Positions 8,941 to 18,055 of a stretch of DNA of 64,000 nucleotides are shown here, one piece after another; within the stretch, counting starts at the first letter, position 1; every line of letters begins with the position of its first letter. Both the position numbers and the translations under genes were made by a program. The stretch lies in the IMG/VR virus record IMGVR_UViG_2921473944_000002, positions 53,340 through 117,339 of that record; one strand, 5' to 3'. This stretch comes from a virus. Taxonomy: Duplodnaviria > Caudoviricetes. Under the pieces are notes generated by a model that saw only the letters and a list, made by a program, of their open reading frames with translations, was not told the origin of the DNA and did not search any database.

Positions 8941-10080
8941 ATGTACTATATTACTGTAAAGCAGCCTCCGTCATACCATCAGATGACATTAGAAGAGTTC
9001 CTTTTTGGAGGCAATACGCAAACTAGACTAATAAATGAAAATCTTACAAATACAAGGACATATGAAGTAGAAAATATAAGCGAAAGATTTCTTCAGCTTG
9101 TAAATGTTGATAAACTTATCGAAAAACTTATATGGTTCAATGAAAGAACAGATTATCTGAGAGAAAAGCCTAGACGTGATTGGTATTATGAGTTCCATAT
9201 ACCAAAAAAGAGCGGCGGACTTAGGAAGATTGATGCCCCAGAACCAGAATTAAAAGAGGCGCTCAGTACTTTAAAAACTATATTTGAAGTAGATTTTCAG
9301 GCGCTTTATCACACATCGGCTTTTGCTTACATTCACAAAAGATGCATTATAGACCTGCTGAAAAGACATCAGGCGAATGAAAGCAAGTGGTTTGAAAAAT
9401 TAGATTTATCAAACTTTTTTGGCAGTACAACGATGGAATGGGTATTACAAATGTTTTCAATGGTATTTCCTTTTTCAGAAGTGCTCAAAGACGAAAGAGG
9501 TAGGGCAGAATTCGCAAAGGCTATTGAACTTGGATTTTTGGACGGCGGTTTGCCACAAGGGACGCCGTTATCTCCAATAATCACTAATATTATGATGATT
9601 CCGGTTGATTTCGAGATAGCAAGAACATTAAGAGAGTATAATCATCAGAGGTTTGTATATACAAGATATGCTGATGATTTTCAGATTTCATCTAAATATA
9701 GTTTTAGCTTCACAGAAATACAAAATGTAATTGTGTCCATCTTAAAGAATTTCAAAGCTCCATTTACAATAAACAGTACAAAAACAAGATATGGTTCTTC
9801 GGCAGGGCAGAATTGGAATCTTGGTCTTATGTTGAATAAAGATAATGAAATTACAGTAGGGCATAAGAAAAAAAGACAATTTCAAGCAATGCTTTCTTCG
9901 TATGTTATGGATAGGAAGAATGGAATTGCTTGGGATAAGAGTGACATTCAAACAATGGAAGGATATCGAAACTACTATCGAATGGTTGAACGAGAGAAGA
10001 TTGATGGAATCGTAAAACATTTAAGTGATAAGTTCGGAGTAGATATCGTAAAGGCAATTAAAGAAGACCTTGCGGCTTAG
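8941..10080 (+). CDS. retron-type reverse transcriptase
   Basis: IPKKSGGLRKI, SAFAY, LDLSNFF, LPQGTPLSP, YTRYADD motifs; NLGL in place of VTG; AAGGAG RBS before ATG 8941; no maturase or endonuclease domain. Confidence 0.9.
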   Translation: MYYITVKQPPSYHQMTLEEFLFGGNTQTRLINENLTNTRTYEVENISERFLQLVNVDKLIEKLIWFNERTDYLREKPRRDWYYEFHIPKKSGGLRKIDAPEPELKEALSTLKTIFEVDFQALYHTSAFAYIHKRCIIDLLKRHQANESKWFEKLDLSNFFGSTTMEWVLQMFSMVFPFSEVLKDERGRAEFAKAIELGFLDGGLPQGTPLSPIITNIMMIPVDFEIARTLREYNHQRFVYTRYADDFQISSKYSFSFTEIQNVIVSILKNFKAPFTINSTKTRYGSSAGQNWNLGLMLNKDNEITVGHKKKRQFQAMLSSYVMDRKNGIAWDKSDIQTMEGYRNYYRMVEREKIDGIVKHLSDKFGVDIVKAIKEDLAA

Positions 10081-10124
10081 GCTGTATGGTCTTCTAATAA
10101 ATTGACCAAATAATTAAAATAAAA

Positions 10125-10385
10125 TCTATGCAATGAAATTACTGTTTTACAGTGCTTCTTACTGTTAGTGGAAGTAACAACTTGAGAAGGAGAAGAACAG
10201 GGAACCAAGCAGACGACGCAGCGTGCAGTCCAGGATCCATCGCTTCCCAAAACCATAACGATAAAATCGGGTAGAACCATCCATTGATAATCAATATAAA
10301 TTCGCCCAGAATTAGGAGACCTAACTACCAGAAGGACGATCACCCGAATGAGAAATCAAAGCCCACACACACCAGATTGCATAGA
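10125..10385 (+). ncRNA. retron-like msr/msd cassette 2
   Basis: Perfect IR tctatgcaat/attgcataga; G10135; hairpin actgt-ttt-acagt; core 10154-10185 identical to cassette 1. Confidence 0.8.
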
Positions 10386-10386
10386 G

Positions 10387-10668
10387 ATGTACAATGAAAT
10401 TATATCCTTTGGATATGCTTCTAGCCGTCGGCGGAAGTGACAACTTGATAAGGAGATGGATGACAGAAGACCACGAGCTCTGGAGCCAGAAAACGGGAAA
10501 CCAGATCCAAAACATACGACTAACACATCAGGAACTAATTGTCAATAGCATAAGCAATTGGAAATCAATGAAATCTCGTAAACAACAGAGCTAAAGCACA
10601 CATCTCGGATCTTCAGAGCTCAGCTGCAGCTTAAAGAAGACATCACCATTACATATTAGATTGTACAT
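10387..10668 (+). ncRNA. retron-like msr/msd cassette 3
   Basis: Perfect IR atgtacaat/attgtacat; G10396; hairpin atatcc-ttt-ggatat; core 10417-10448 with compensatory changes; T-tract follows. Confidence 0.8.
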
Positions 10669-10704
10669 TGTTTTTTTTGAATAAATAATATTAAGGAGGA
10701 AGTT

Positions 10705-11163
10705 ATGTACATCAACACAAGTATTAACGCAATTAAAATTCCAAGAAAATTTAGTAATTCTACTCCAAATGAAGATAAGATGGAGTCTTGCAGAAGATTC
10801 TATAAAGCTAACGGTATACTAGATAGAAATATCGTTGTAGATGAAAATATGGAATTAAAAGATGGATATATTGGCTATCTAGTTTTGAAAGAGAGTAATG
10901 CATCGGTAGTAGGAGTTGACCAAAGAACAACAGAAAAGACAGTTATCGTATACGGTGTTCATCCTGGTGTAGCCAAGGAATACTGCTGGAAAGTTGTCGA
11001 AGAAACGGAAGATAAGCAAAATCTTAGAGTCGGAGCACATGCGGTAGTAAGGACAAGATTCGGTGATACTGAAATTCTCATTACGAGAATCGAGCATATA
11101 ACGAAAAGAAAGAAGAGACAAATGGGACATGTAAAAAGAGTTGTAAGATGCCTGATGGAGTAG
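10705..11163 (+). CDS. two-domain protein with ParB-like N-terminal domain
   Basis: IVVDENMELKDGYIGY resembles the ParB/Srx DG motif; AAGGAGG RBS. Confidence 0.55.
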   Translation: MYINTSINAIKIPRKFSNSTPNEDKMESCRRFYKANGILDRNIVVDENMELKDGYIGYLVLKESNASVVGVDQRTTEKTVIVYGVHPGVAKEYCWKVVEETEDKQNLRVGAHAVVRTRFGDTEILITRIEHITKRKKRQMGHVKRVVRCLME

Positions 11164-11310
11164 CTATATGAGATGTGTTTATTTAGAAAAGAAAGAAATA
11201 CTTTCAAAGGAAGATATGCGTATTCATACGGCTAATATCTGCAGAAATAAAAAATCTGAAAAATACAAAATGTTTAGCATTGACAAAATGCTAAAGAAGT
11301 GGAGGGATAA

Positions 11311-11844
11311 ATGAATTACTACATATCAGATACTCATTTCGGTCATAAGAATATAATTCGGTATGACAATAGACCATTTGATTCAGCGGAAGAAATGGAT
11401 GAAGCGATGATTCAATTATGGAATGAGACGGTTAACGATACTGATGCTGTATACATTCTTGGAGATTTTAGCTGGTATAAAGAGGATAAAACAGCATCAA
11501 TATTAGGAAAACTTAAAGGTCATAAAATACTTATTAAAGGGAATCATGACCGTGTGTCTAGCAAGGTAGCAAGATATTTTGACAGAGTTTGCGATTATGC
11601 AGAAGTCAAAGATAACGGTAGAAAAGTTATTATGTCGCACTATCCAATGCCGTTCTGGAATGGTCAACATAGAGATACGGTACACTTGTATGGTCATGTA
11701 CATAATTCAAGTCAATATAATTACTGTCTTAGCATAGAAAAAGAACTAAGACAGTTACAGGATATACCAATGAGAATGTTCAATGTTGGGTGTATGATGA
11801 AATACATGAATTATATACCTAGAACATTGGATGAAATTTTATAG
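11311..11844 (+). CDS. calcineurin-like metallophosphoesterase, last ~10 codons displaced by the IS
   Basis: SDTHFGH, LGD, GNHD, HYP, GHVH motifs. Confidence 0.88.
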   Translation: MNYYISDTHFGHKNIIRYDNRPFDSAEEMDEAMIQLWNETVNDTDAVYILGDFSWYKEDKTASILGKLKGHKILIKGNHDRVSSKVARYFDRVCDYAEVKDNGRKVIMSHYPMPFWNGQHRDTVHLYGHVHNSSQYNYCLSIEKELRQLQDIPMRMFNVGCMMKYMNYIPRTLDEIL

Positions 11845-13399
11845 AGATGAGCAAAACACATTGATCCAAAAGTAGAACTTGGCAGTTAGCTCCCATAAAG
11901 TTTGAGGTTGCGATTTTATGGCATAGCAAAGCTAACGTAAGTCCAAAACTTACGAAATCATAAGACTATGAGAATTTTTTAATCAAGCAATTCGTTTTAT
12001 TGTTTTTAGTTTGCGATAAGACTGACCAGAATGGCTAGTGATTGCGGCAACGGCAACTGCTAGTAAACTGATATGGGCAAGTGTGTTTAAGTTTGTAACA
12101 GATGCTTTATTTCTCACCCACATCCGCTCCTGACCAGTATTTTTAAAACGCGAATTATAGCGTTCACATTCTGTGCGGAGTGAATAATTACTTTCAAAAT
12201 ATTTGCTGTCCCTATCAATGGAAAGTCTTAAATCATCAGGAATGGTGAGATATTTCGTACAGCCACGATGCTTTTTACCATTATAGAAATTTTTGTGGTG
12301 GCATGGGCAAACGGTATCTTTACTTGATTTTAGAGGACAACAAAACTTTTGACGGGTACGACCACAATCGGAAAACTTACCATCCTTCCACATGGCAAGC
12401 CCTGCTTCGCAAATGGGATTCCCTTGAGGAAGAAGTTTCGGATTTTTGGAATTACGTTTGTTTAATGGAATGATACATTCTCCATTGTAAAGATCCTTAA
12501 CCTGATTGTAGATATTTTTGACATCGTAACCTTTGTCGGCAAGGAATGTGCAGTCCGTTATTGGTTGAAAGGAATGGGTAGCAGCAAGGATATCTAAAGC
12601 GATGGTAGCATCATGAACTTCCGCGGTTGTGGTCATTTCATAAATAGGAAGACCTGAAATACAGTCTACAAGGACATGATTTTTATAGCCCCAATAGAAT
12701 TCATATTTTTTCTCGTTCGTTTGATTGGATGCAGTGTGGACGCCGAGTTTACAATCCGAATCTGCCCTTGGTTGATTTCCGGGTTTAAACTTATTTGAGA
12801 GAAAAGATTTCGGATTATTCTGTGAAGTATTTGCAGAGACAGGGGTTGAATCTAAGCCAATAAAAGAAGTGTCTACAATACCTTCTTTAGAAAGGAATAA
12901 CACCTGAGTTTTCATGATTTCAGAGAGAACTTTGTTATCGAAATTTTTCAGGAAGCGATCAAAGGTCCAATAAGAAGGAAGTGGACGAGAAATATCAAAG
13001 CCACAAAAATGCGCAATCAGAAGATTATTGTGAAGATAATCGACAAGATCGGAAATCATGGAGAAGCCTTCGCATTTCATGACAATAAAGGAACAAATCA
13101 TAGCGTGATTTGAAAAGCCTTTCCTTCCTGTCTTGGGGAATTCCGGAACAAAGGATAAATCAAGATTCAAAAAAAGAGAATCATAAAACTTTGCAACTGG
13201 TTGTGAAGTGAAAAGACGAATGTCTTTCAAAATTTCTTGACGATAGATAACAATCAGCTCCTTTCGGTGAATTGATTTTGACAACTTAATTATACCATTT
13301 GGAGTTGATTGTTACTATAAATTTGGAGTGATAAAAGAGGTTGCCATGCCTCGCAAACCCGCATAAATACTGAATGTGTGGAGTTTTGCTCATGGCTAT
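11841..13399 (-). mobile_element. insertion sequence (DDE; IS5/IS1182-like)
   Basis: IRs atagagatgagcaaaac (11841-11857) and gttttgctcatggctat (13383-13399); direct repeat gaaatttt at 11833-11840 and 13400-13407. Confidence 0.88.
11983..13284 (-). CDS. DDE transposase
   Basis: GLDST, WGYKNH, LADKGYD, YSLRTECERYNSRFK motifs; start codon uncertain. Confidence 0.9.
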   Translation of the reverse strand: MSKSIHRKELIVIYRQEILKDIRLFTSQPVAKFYDSLFLNLDLSFVPEFPKTGRKGFSNHAMICSFIVMKCEGFSMISDLVDYLHNNLLIAHFCGFDISRPLPSYWTFDRFLKNFDNKVLSEIMKTQVLFLSKEGIVDTSFIGLDSTPVSANTSQNNPKSFLSNKFKPGNQPRADSDCKLGVHTASNQTNEKKYEFYWGYKNHVLVDCISGLPIYEMTTTAEVHDATIALDILAATHSFQPITDCTFLADKGYDVKNIYNQVKDLYNGECIIPLNKRNSKNPKLLPQGNPICEAGLAMWKDGKFSDCGRTRQKFCCPLKSSKDTVCPCHHKNFYNGKKHRGCTKYLTIPDDLRLSIDRDSKYFESNYSLRTECERYNSRFKNTGQERMWVRNKASVTNLNTLAHISLLAVAVAAITSHSGQSYRKLKTIKRIA

Positions 13400-13427
13400 G
13401 AAATTTTATCTAATGGAGGTGACATAG

Positions 13428-13748
13428 ATGGACAGAAGTAGTTTTAATCCACAAGTGGGAGATGACGTGAGAATTAGATCGTGGGATGATATGGTCTCTG
13501 AATTTGGATTAGATGACGACGGGAATATACCGTGTAGATTTTCTTTTGTAGGATATATGAGGGATATGTGTGGTCGGGAATTTACTATCACAAATATAAG
13601 TGATGGAAGATATATAGGATATCCAGAAGGAGAGGTATCTATATCCATTGATATGATTGAGCCGGTACCAGATGATGAAGTTGCTGCTGAGGAATTAGAC
13701 GGTTTTTTAAGTGAAATCAAAATTATCAAGATGGAGGATATGTCATGA
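13428..13748 (+). CDS. hypothetical protein (SH3/KOW-like)
   Basis: VGDDVRIRSW...MCGREFTI pattern; GGAGG RBS. Confidence 0.65.
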   Translation: MDRSSFNPQVGDDVRIRSWDDMVSEFGLDDDGNIPCRFSFVGYMRDMCGREFTITNISDGRYIGYPEGEVSISIDMIEPVPDDEVAAEELDGFLSEIKIIKMEDMS

Positions 13749-14152
13749 AACTTATAGTAATCACTGGTCAAGAAGGTGCTGATGCGGATAGTTTACTCAG
13801 ACAGGTTATTGCTGATAATGGGTATTCGTATAGCGAAGCTCCAAGAATGGTTTTTCCAGAAAGATCTAATTTGCTTTACCATCCGAGAAGTCTTTACAAC
13901 AATGTAAGGAAGGTTGTTAGAGACCATATTGATAATGATGAGGATTTGTTTGTGGTAACATTTTCTGACTATACGATGTATGGCGTGAGAGCAGAGATAA
14001 GACAAGCCGGTTTCGAAGGGGCTATGTTATATCAGGCAGAGTCAGGCGGAGGTTTTGTGATATCTGAGATAGATAGTAATGGAAAATGTAGATATATTAA
14101 CGGAGTGTTTGATGTTTTGAGAGACGCGCTCAACGAAGTACTTGGATGGTAA
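13745..14152 (+). CDS. hypothetical protein
   Basis: ATGA overlap with upstream ORF. Confidence 0.6.
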   Translation: MKLIVITGQEGADADSLLRQVIADNGYSYSEAPRMVFPERSNLLYHPRSLYNNVRKVVRDHIDNDEDLFVVTFSDYTMYGVRAEIRQAGFEGAMLYQAESGGGFVISEIDSNGKCRYINGVFDVLRDALNEVLGW

Positions 14153-14182
14153 AAAGATATTATTGCATATAATGCATTAGTA

Positions 14183-14432
14183 TACTCACAATGAAAATGG
14201 ATTGTTTCTTAGCGAAAGTAAAAATACGATAGTAATACATAATAACAATCACTCCTGCTGTTAGCGAGAGTTCGACAATGGTTCTTGCATCTCAGAATTT
14301 GATCAGTCTTAAAAAAGACTATTAACTGCGTTAATATTCAATTTTAAGACTAGATAAAATTACTTCGATGGCATGGCTTAGCATATGCTAATCAAAGCGC
14401 ACCACATTGATTACGCATACGGATTGTGAGTA
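14183..14432 (+). ncRNA. divergent retron-like cassette 5
   Basis: Perfect IR tactcacaat/attgtgagta; G14193; stem gattgtt/aacaatc; core variant actcctgctgttagcgagagt at 14251-14271. Confidence 0.6.
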
Positions 14433-14451
14433 AATATAAGGAGGATTTTGA

Positions 14452-15591
14452 ATGAAAGCAATTAATTTAGGAGATAACACATACAGCATTTTTAGTGATG
14501 CGATGAGAGTATATGAGAAACTTCCGGCGCAAGTATATGTTGTAAGGTTTTCAGAAACACGAGGATTCTTTTTGGAAAAATACAATGATATGAATATAAA
14601 GGAATCGAGAGTTTATGGTATTCATGAGGAAAAAGTGAACAAAGTATTGAGTATGTTTGAGAATCAAGATCGAAATCTTGGAGTAATCTTGAGCGGAGAT
14701 AAGGGAATTGGTAAATCGCTATTTGCTAAAATGCTTTCGAGCGTTGTTATTCAGAGGGGCATTCCAACAATCATAGTAGATAGATACGTGCCGGGAATTG
14801 CTTCTTATATAGAAGATATTGAACAGGAAGTAATGGTGCTGTTTGATGAATTTGATAAGACATTTGGTGAGGTGAAGTCAAAAGACGGAGAAGCTTCTCC
14901 GCAAGCGAATCTGCTGTCGTTATTCGACGGGTTATCATCAGGAAAAAAGTTGTTTGTAGTGACATGTAATGAACTACGAAAATTGAATGAATATCTTATC
15001 AATAGACCCGGCAGATTCCATTATCATTTCCGATTTGAATATCCGTCAGCGACTGAAATTCGTGAATATCTGCAGGATAAGCTTGATGAGGAATATTACG
15101 AAGAGATAAATGCAGTCGTGTCATTCTCAAATAAGGTTAGATTGAATTACGATTGTTTAAGATCAATTGCGACTGAATTAAATACAGGGATTCCATTTTC
15201 AGAAGCAATTAAGGATCTCAATATTATAAATACAGAACTGCAAATGTATAATATTGCACTTAGATTCAATAATGGTGTAGTGTTTAGAGCACAGAATATA
15301 AGTATGGATATGTTCGGAGATGACGAAGACAAAACAGTCTATATGTATGATAAACGCGGAAGAAATGTCGTTGATATCACATTTAAACCATGTGATGCTA
15401 TTTACGACACGATGAAATTTGCTCATGTAATTATTCCTGAGAATCTTAAAGTTGAGTATTACTTTAAAGATGGAGACGATAAATACGACTATGAGGACGA
15501 TAAAGCAATGGAAGAAGCAATCCGCGAGGCTGGTGTAGAATGCGTAGTGATTAATCGTAGGGATTCGAGAGGTATTCATTATAATGTATAA
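14452..15591 (+). CDS. AAA+ ATPase
   Basis: GDKGIGKS Walker A, LFDEFDK Walker B, TCN sensor, NRPGRF arginine finger. Confidence 0.88.
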   Translation: MKAINLGDNTYSIFSDAMRVYEKLPAQVYVVRFSETRGFFLEKYNDMNIKESRVYGIHEEKVNKVLSMFENQDRNLGVILSGDKGIGKSLFAKMLSSVVIQRGIPTIIVDRYVPGIASYIEDIEQEVMVLFDEFDKTFGEVKSKDGEASPQANLLSLFDGLSSGKKLFVVTCNELRKLNEYLINRPGRFHYHFRFEYPSATEIREYLQDKLDEEYYEEINAVVSFSNKVRLNYDCLRSIATELNTGIPFSEAIKDLNIINTELQMYNIALRFNNGVVFRAQNISMDMFGDDEDKTVYMYDKRGRNVVDITFKPCDAIYDTMKFAHVIIPENLKVEYYFKDGDDKYDYEDDKAMEEAIREAGVECVVINRRDSRGIHYNV

Positions 15592-15605
15592 ATGGTGGAA
15601 AGTAT

Positions 15606-16892
15606 ATGAGTTATAAAGATATATATAAATTACAATCTATTAGCGGAGCGAAAGCAAAATGTGATTTTATCAAAAGTCATGATGAAGATACATATTTTAA
15701 AAGGTTCCTATATTTTGCACTTAATCCGCTAATTACATACAACATATCGAAAAAATCATTAGATAAGCTGATGTTTGGCAATAATGCTGACGGTCAAAAG
15801 CTTATCTTTTTTAATGATATTTTTGAATGTTGTGAGTATCTGTCAAGACTAAGGAGTATGGATGATGCAACTTTGAGGCAGATAAAAACGCTTTTAGATA
15901 TGAAGTATTCGGATCAGGAAGAAAAAGAGCTGTATATGCAACTCTTATCTAAGACGGTTCGACTCGGAATTACAGGAAAGACAATCAATAAGATTATTCC
16001 GAATCTTATTCCAGAGTGGGAAGTGCAACAGGCGTACCCAGTTGACAAATATCCGTTAAAAGTTGGAGCAGAGTTTTGGCTGACACAAAAACTTAACGGG
16101 GCGAGAGCAACCTTATATGAGGGGCAATTGCTTGCAAGAAGCGGTATGCCATACAAAGGGTTAGAGCATATTACGGATGCTCTCTCGTGGCTGAGGGTCG
16201 CCGGATTTGTTGCAGACGGAGAATTGACACTCAAGGATAAAGGAAGTCTGAGTGATAATGAAGCATTTAGAGTTGCAACAGGTGTTTTGAATTCAGATAG
16301 TGTTAATAAAACGGTGATTTGCTACACGATTTTTGACATGATTCCAATCAAAGATTTCGATTCACCTACGCCACAGACTACATATCGCTATCGTAGAGAG
16401 ATTCTAAATCAGTTTGCACAGAGAATCGGTGATACGGACGGCGCGGTTAAAGTTCTGCCTGTCCTGTACCACGGAACCGATCAATCCAAAATTGACGAAC
16501 TTCTGGAACAGATGGTTCGTGAGGATAAAGAAGGGTTAATGATCAATACGGATGTTCCGTATAGAAGGACACGACATAAAGGCATTCTCAAAGTGAAAAG
16601 ATTCTATACTATGGATTTACCGATTATCAGATGCGAGGAAGGAACTGGAAGGCTTGATGGGACACTCGGGGCTTTTGTCCTGAAATACAAGGGCAATGAA
16701 GTCAGGGTTGGTTCTGGATTTACTGACGAACAGAGAGAGCATTTCTGGAAAAATAAAGAAAATCTGACAGGGGTGCTTTGTGAAGTAAAATATAAAGAGA
16801 TTTCACAGGACAAGGGAACTGGGCTTGAGAGCTTACAATTCCCTGTTTTTATGGGATTGAGAACAGACAAAACAGAAGTAAGTTACGGGTAG
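15606..16892 (+). CDS. lig: ATP-dependent DNA ligase
   Basis: KLNGAR (KxDG variant), DGEL, IFD, EGLM, LKVK, VGSGF, SLQFPVF...R.DK. Confidence 0.92.
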   Translation: MSYKDIYKLQSISGAKAKCDFIKSHDEDTYFKRFLYFALNPLITYNISKKSLDKLMFGNNADGQKLIFFNDIFECCEYLSRLRSMDDATLRQIKTLLDMKYSDQEEKELYMQLLSKTVRLGITGKTINKIIPNLIPEWEVQQAYPVDKYPLKVGAEFWLTQKLNGARATLYEGQLLARSGMPYKGLEHITDALSWLRVAGFVADGELTLKDKGSLSDNEAFRVATGVLNSDSVNKTVICYTIFDMIPIKDFDSPTPQTTYRYRREILNQFAQRIGDTDGAVKVLPVLYHGTDQSKIDELLEQMVREDKEGLMINTDVPYRRTRHKGILKVKRFYTMDLPIIRCEEGTGRLDGTLGAFVLKYKGNEVRVGSGFTDEQREHFWKNKENLTGVLCEVKYKEISQDKGTGLESLQFPVFMGLRTDKTEVSYG

Positions 16893-16903
16893 CAAGGAGG
16901 GTT

Positions 16904-17365
16904 ATGATGTTGTTGCACAAACAGAAATCATTATACTACATGGATATGGAGGATAAAGAAAAAGATAATTTGAGAGACATGGTTCTTGTTGCAATCAACG
17001 AAGTCACAAAGTTCGACCAAGAAAATATGGATGAAGATAGATACGATGTCGGAGTTGATTTTTCCAATATTTCACCATTTAATCCACATATGATTTCATA
17101 TGCATTACAGGATTTAGGATACGAGGAAGTTGATTTACGAATAAATGGATGGGAACATGACTACTGGCAGAAATTCACACATCCAAACAGTAAGAAGTTT
17201 CCACCGATGCAGCTCACGGGAACTAGCTGGATACATAAATGTCAGATACATGGTGTTGAAGATGATTATGAGACATATCTGCACCTAGAGAATGATCCGG
17301 AATATTCGAATCGTATTAAAAATGGTTTGAAACTGCTTTCAGAGGCTATGAATCGTGCGTCTTAA
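16904..17365 (+). CDS. hypothetical protein
   Basis: AAGGAGG RBS. Confidence 0.65.
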   Translation: MMLLHKQKSLYYMDMEDKEKDNLRDMVLVAINEVTKFDQENMDEDRYDVGVDFSNISPFNPHMISYALQDLGYEEVDLRINGWEHDYWQKFTHPNSKKFPPMQLTGTSWIHKCQIHGVEDDYETYLHLENDPEYSNRIKNGLKLLSEAMNRAS

Positions 17366-17535
17366 TTTACCAAAACAGAGTGATTATAATCGTAGAATCA
17401 TAAAAATCAAATCACCAATAGGAGGGAAAGTATACGACATCACAGGAGATGTTACAGAGAATCATAAGTGGATTTCGTGGTTGGAATATTCAAATAAACA
17501 ATTAAAAGAGAAAATTACAAAAGAAAATATCATGT

Positions 17536-17793
17536 TTTAAACCGTAATGATATTACTGCTTTGCAGTGCTTCTTACTGTTAGTGGAAGTAACAACTTGAA
17601 AAGGAAAGGAGGAAACGCCTCCAGCACGGCAGGCGCTGCCGCATCCGGATCGAGCTTATAAAGAAACAAAGGATACAGGGAATCGCAAGATAACACATTG
17701 ATTCTCAAATGCGCAAACTCAAAGCAAAGTCCCAGTACTCCGGCGATTTCGGCGACGTCAAACAGGCTACCGTATATTAGATTACAGTTTAAA
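17536..17793 (+). ncRNA. retron-like msr/msd cassette 4
   Basis: IR tttaaaccgtaat/attacagtttaaa (12 of 13); G17549; hairpin actgc-ttt-gcagt; core 17568-17599 identical to cassettes 1 and 2. Confidence 0.8.
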
Positions 17794-17882
17794 CAAAGAA
17801 AGGAGAAATATACAACATATGGCTGAAAAATATCTTATTGTCATGACAACTTGTGAATATCTCGACAGAAAGAAGGAGCAAA

Positions 17883-18053
17883 ATGAGTAGAGATAATACG
17901 TGCCTTTTCTGCAACGAATCAATCCCAGAGGGAAGAATGGTGTGCCCGGTGTGCGAGGAGGCATTGAGAAATATTCCTGCTGGAAAATATACAAAGAAAT
18001 CATTCGTTGCTCGATTGAAGATGGAAGTAAAGAAATTGTTTAAAATCGCATAG
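17883..18053 (+). CDS. small zinc-finger-like protein
   Basis: CLFC...CPVC; AAGGAG RBS. Confidence 0.55.
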   Translation: MSRDNTCLFCNESIPEGRMVCPVCEEALRNIPAGKYTKKSFVARLKMEVKKLFKIA

Positions 18054-18055
18054 GA

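Noticed and set aside
8941-10080. RT as a group II intron or DGR enzyme
   Set aside because: It is short, with no maturase domain, no domain V/VI sequence, no Avd or template repeat, and an LPQG..LSP motif rather than the DGR-type G...SQ.
8598-10594. Short ORFs 8598-8807, 8832-9026, 10077-10343, 10321-10515 and 10394-10594
   Set aside because: They overlap the structured cassettes and lack convincing RBSs; their shared peptide (QVVTSTNSKK) only reflects the RNA repeat.
8690-17599. 32-nt repeats read as a CRISPR array
   Set aside because: Copies are hundreds to thousands of bases apart, sit inside IR-bounded units, and no cas operon is present.
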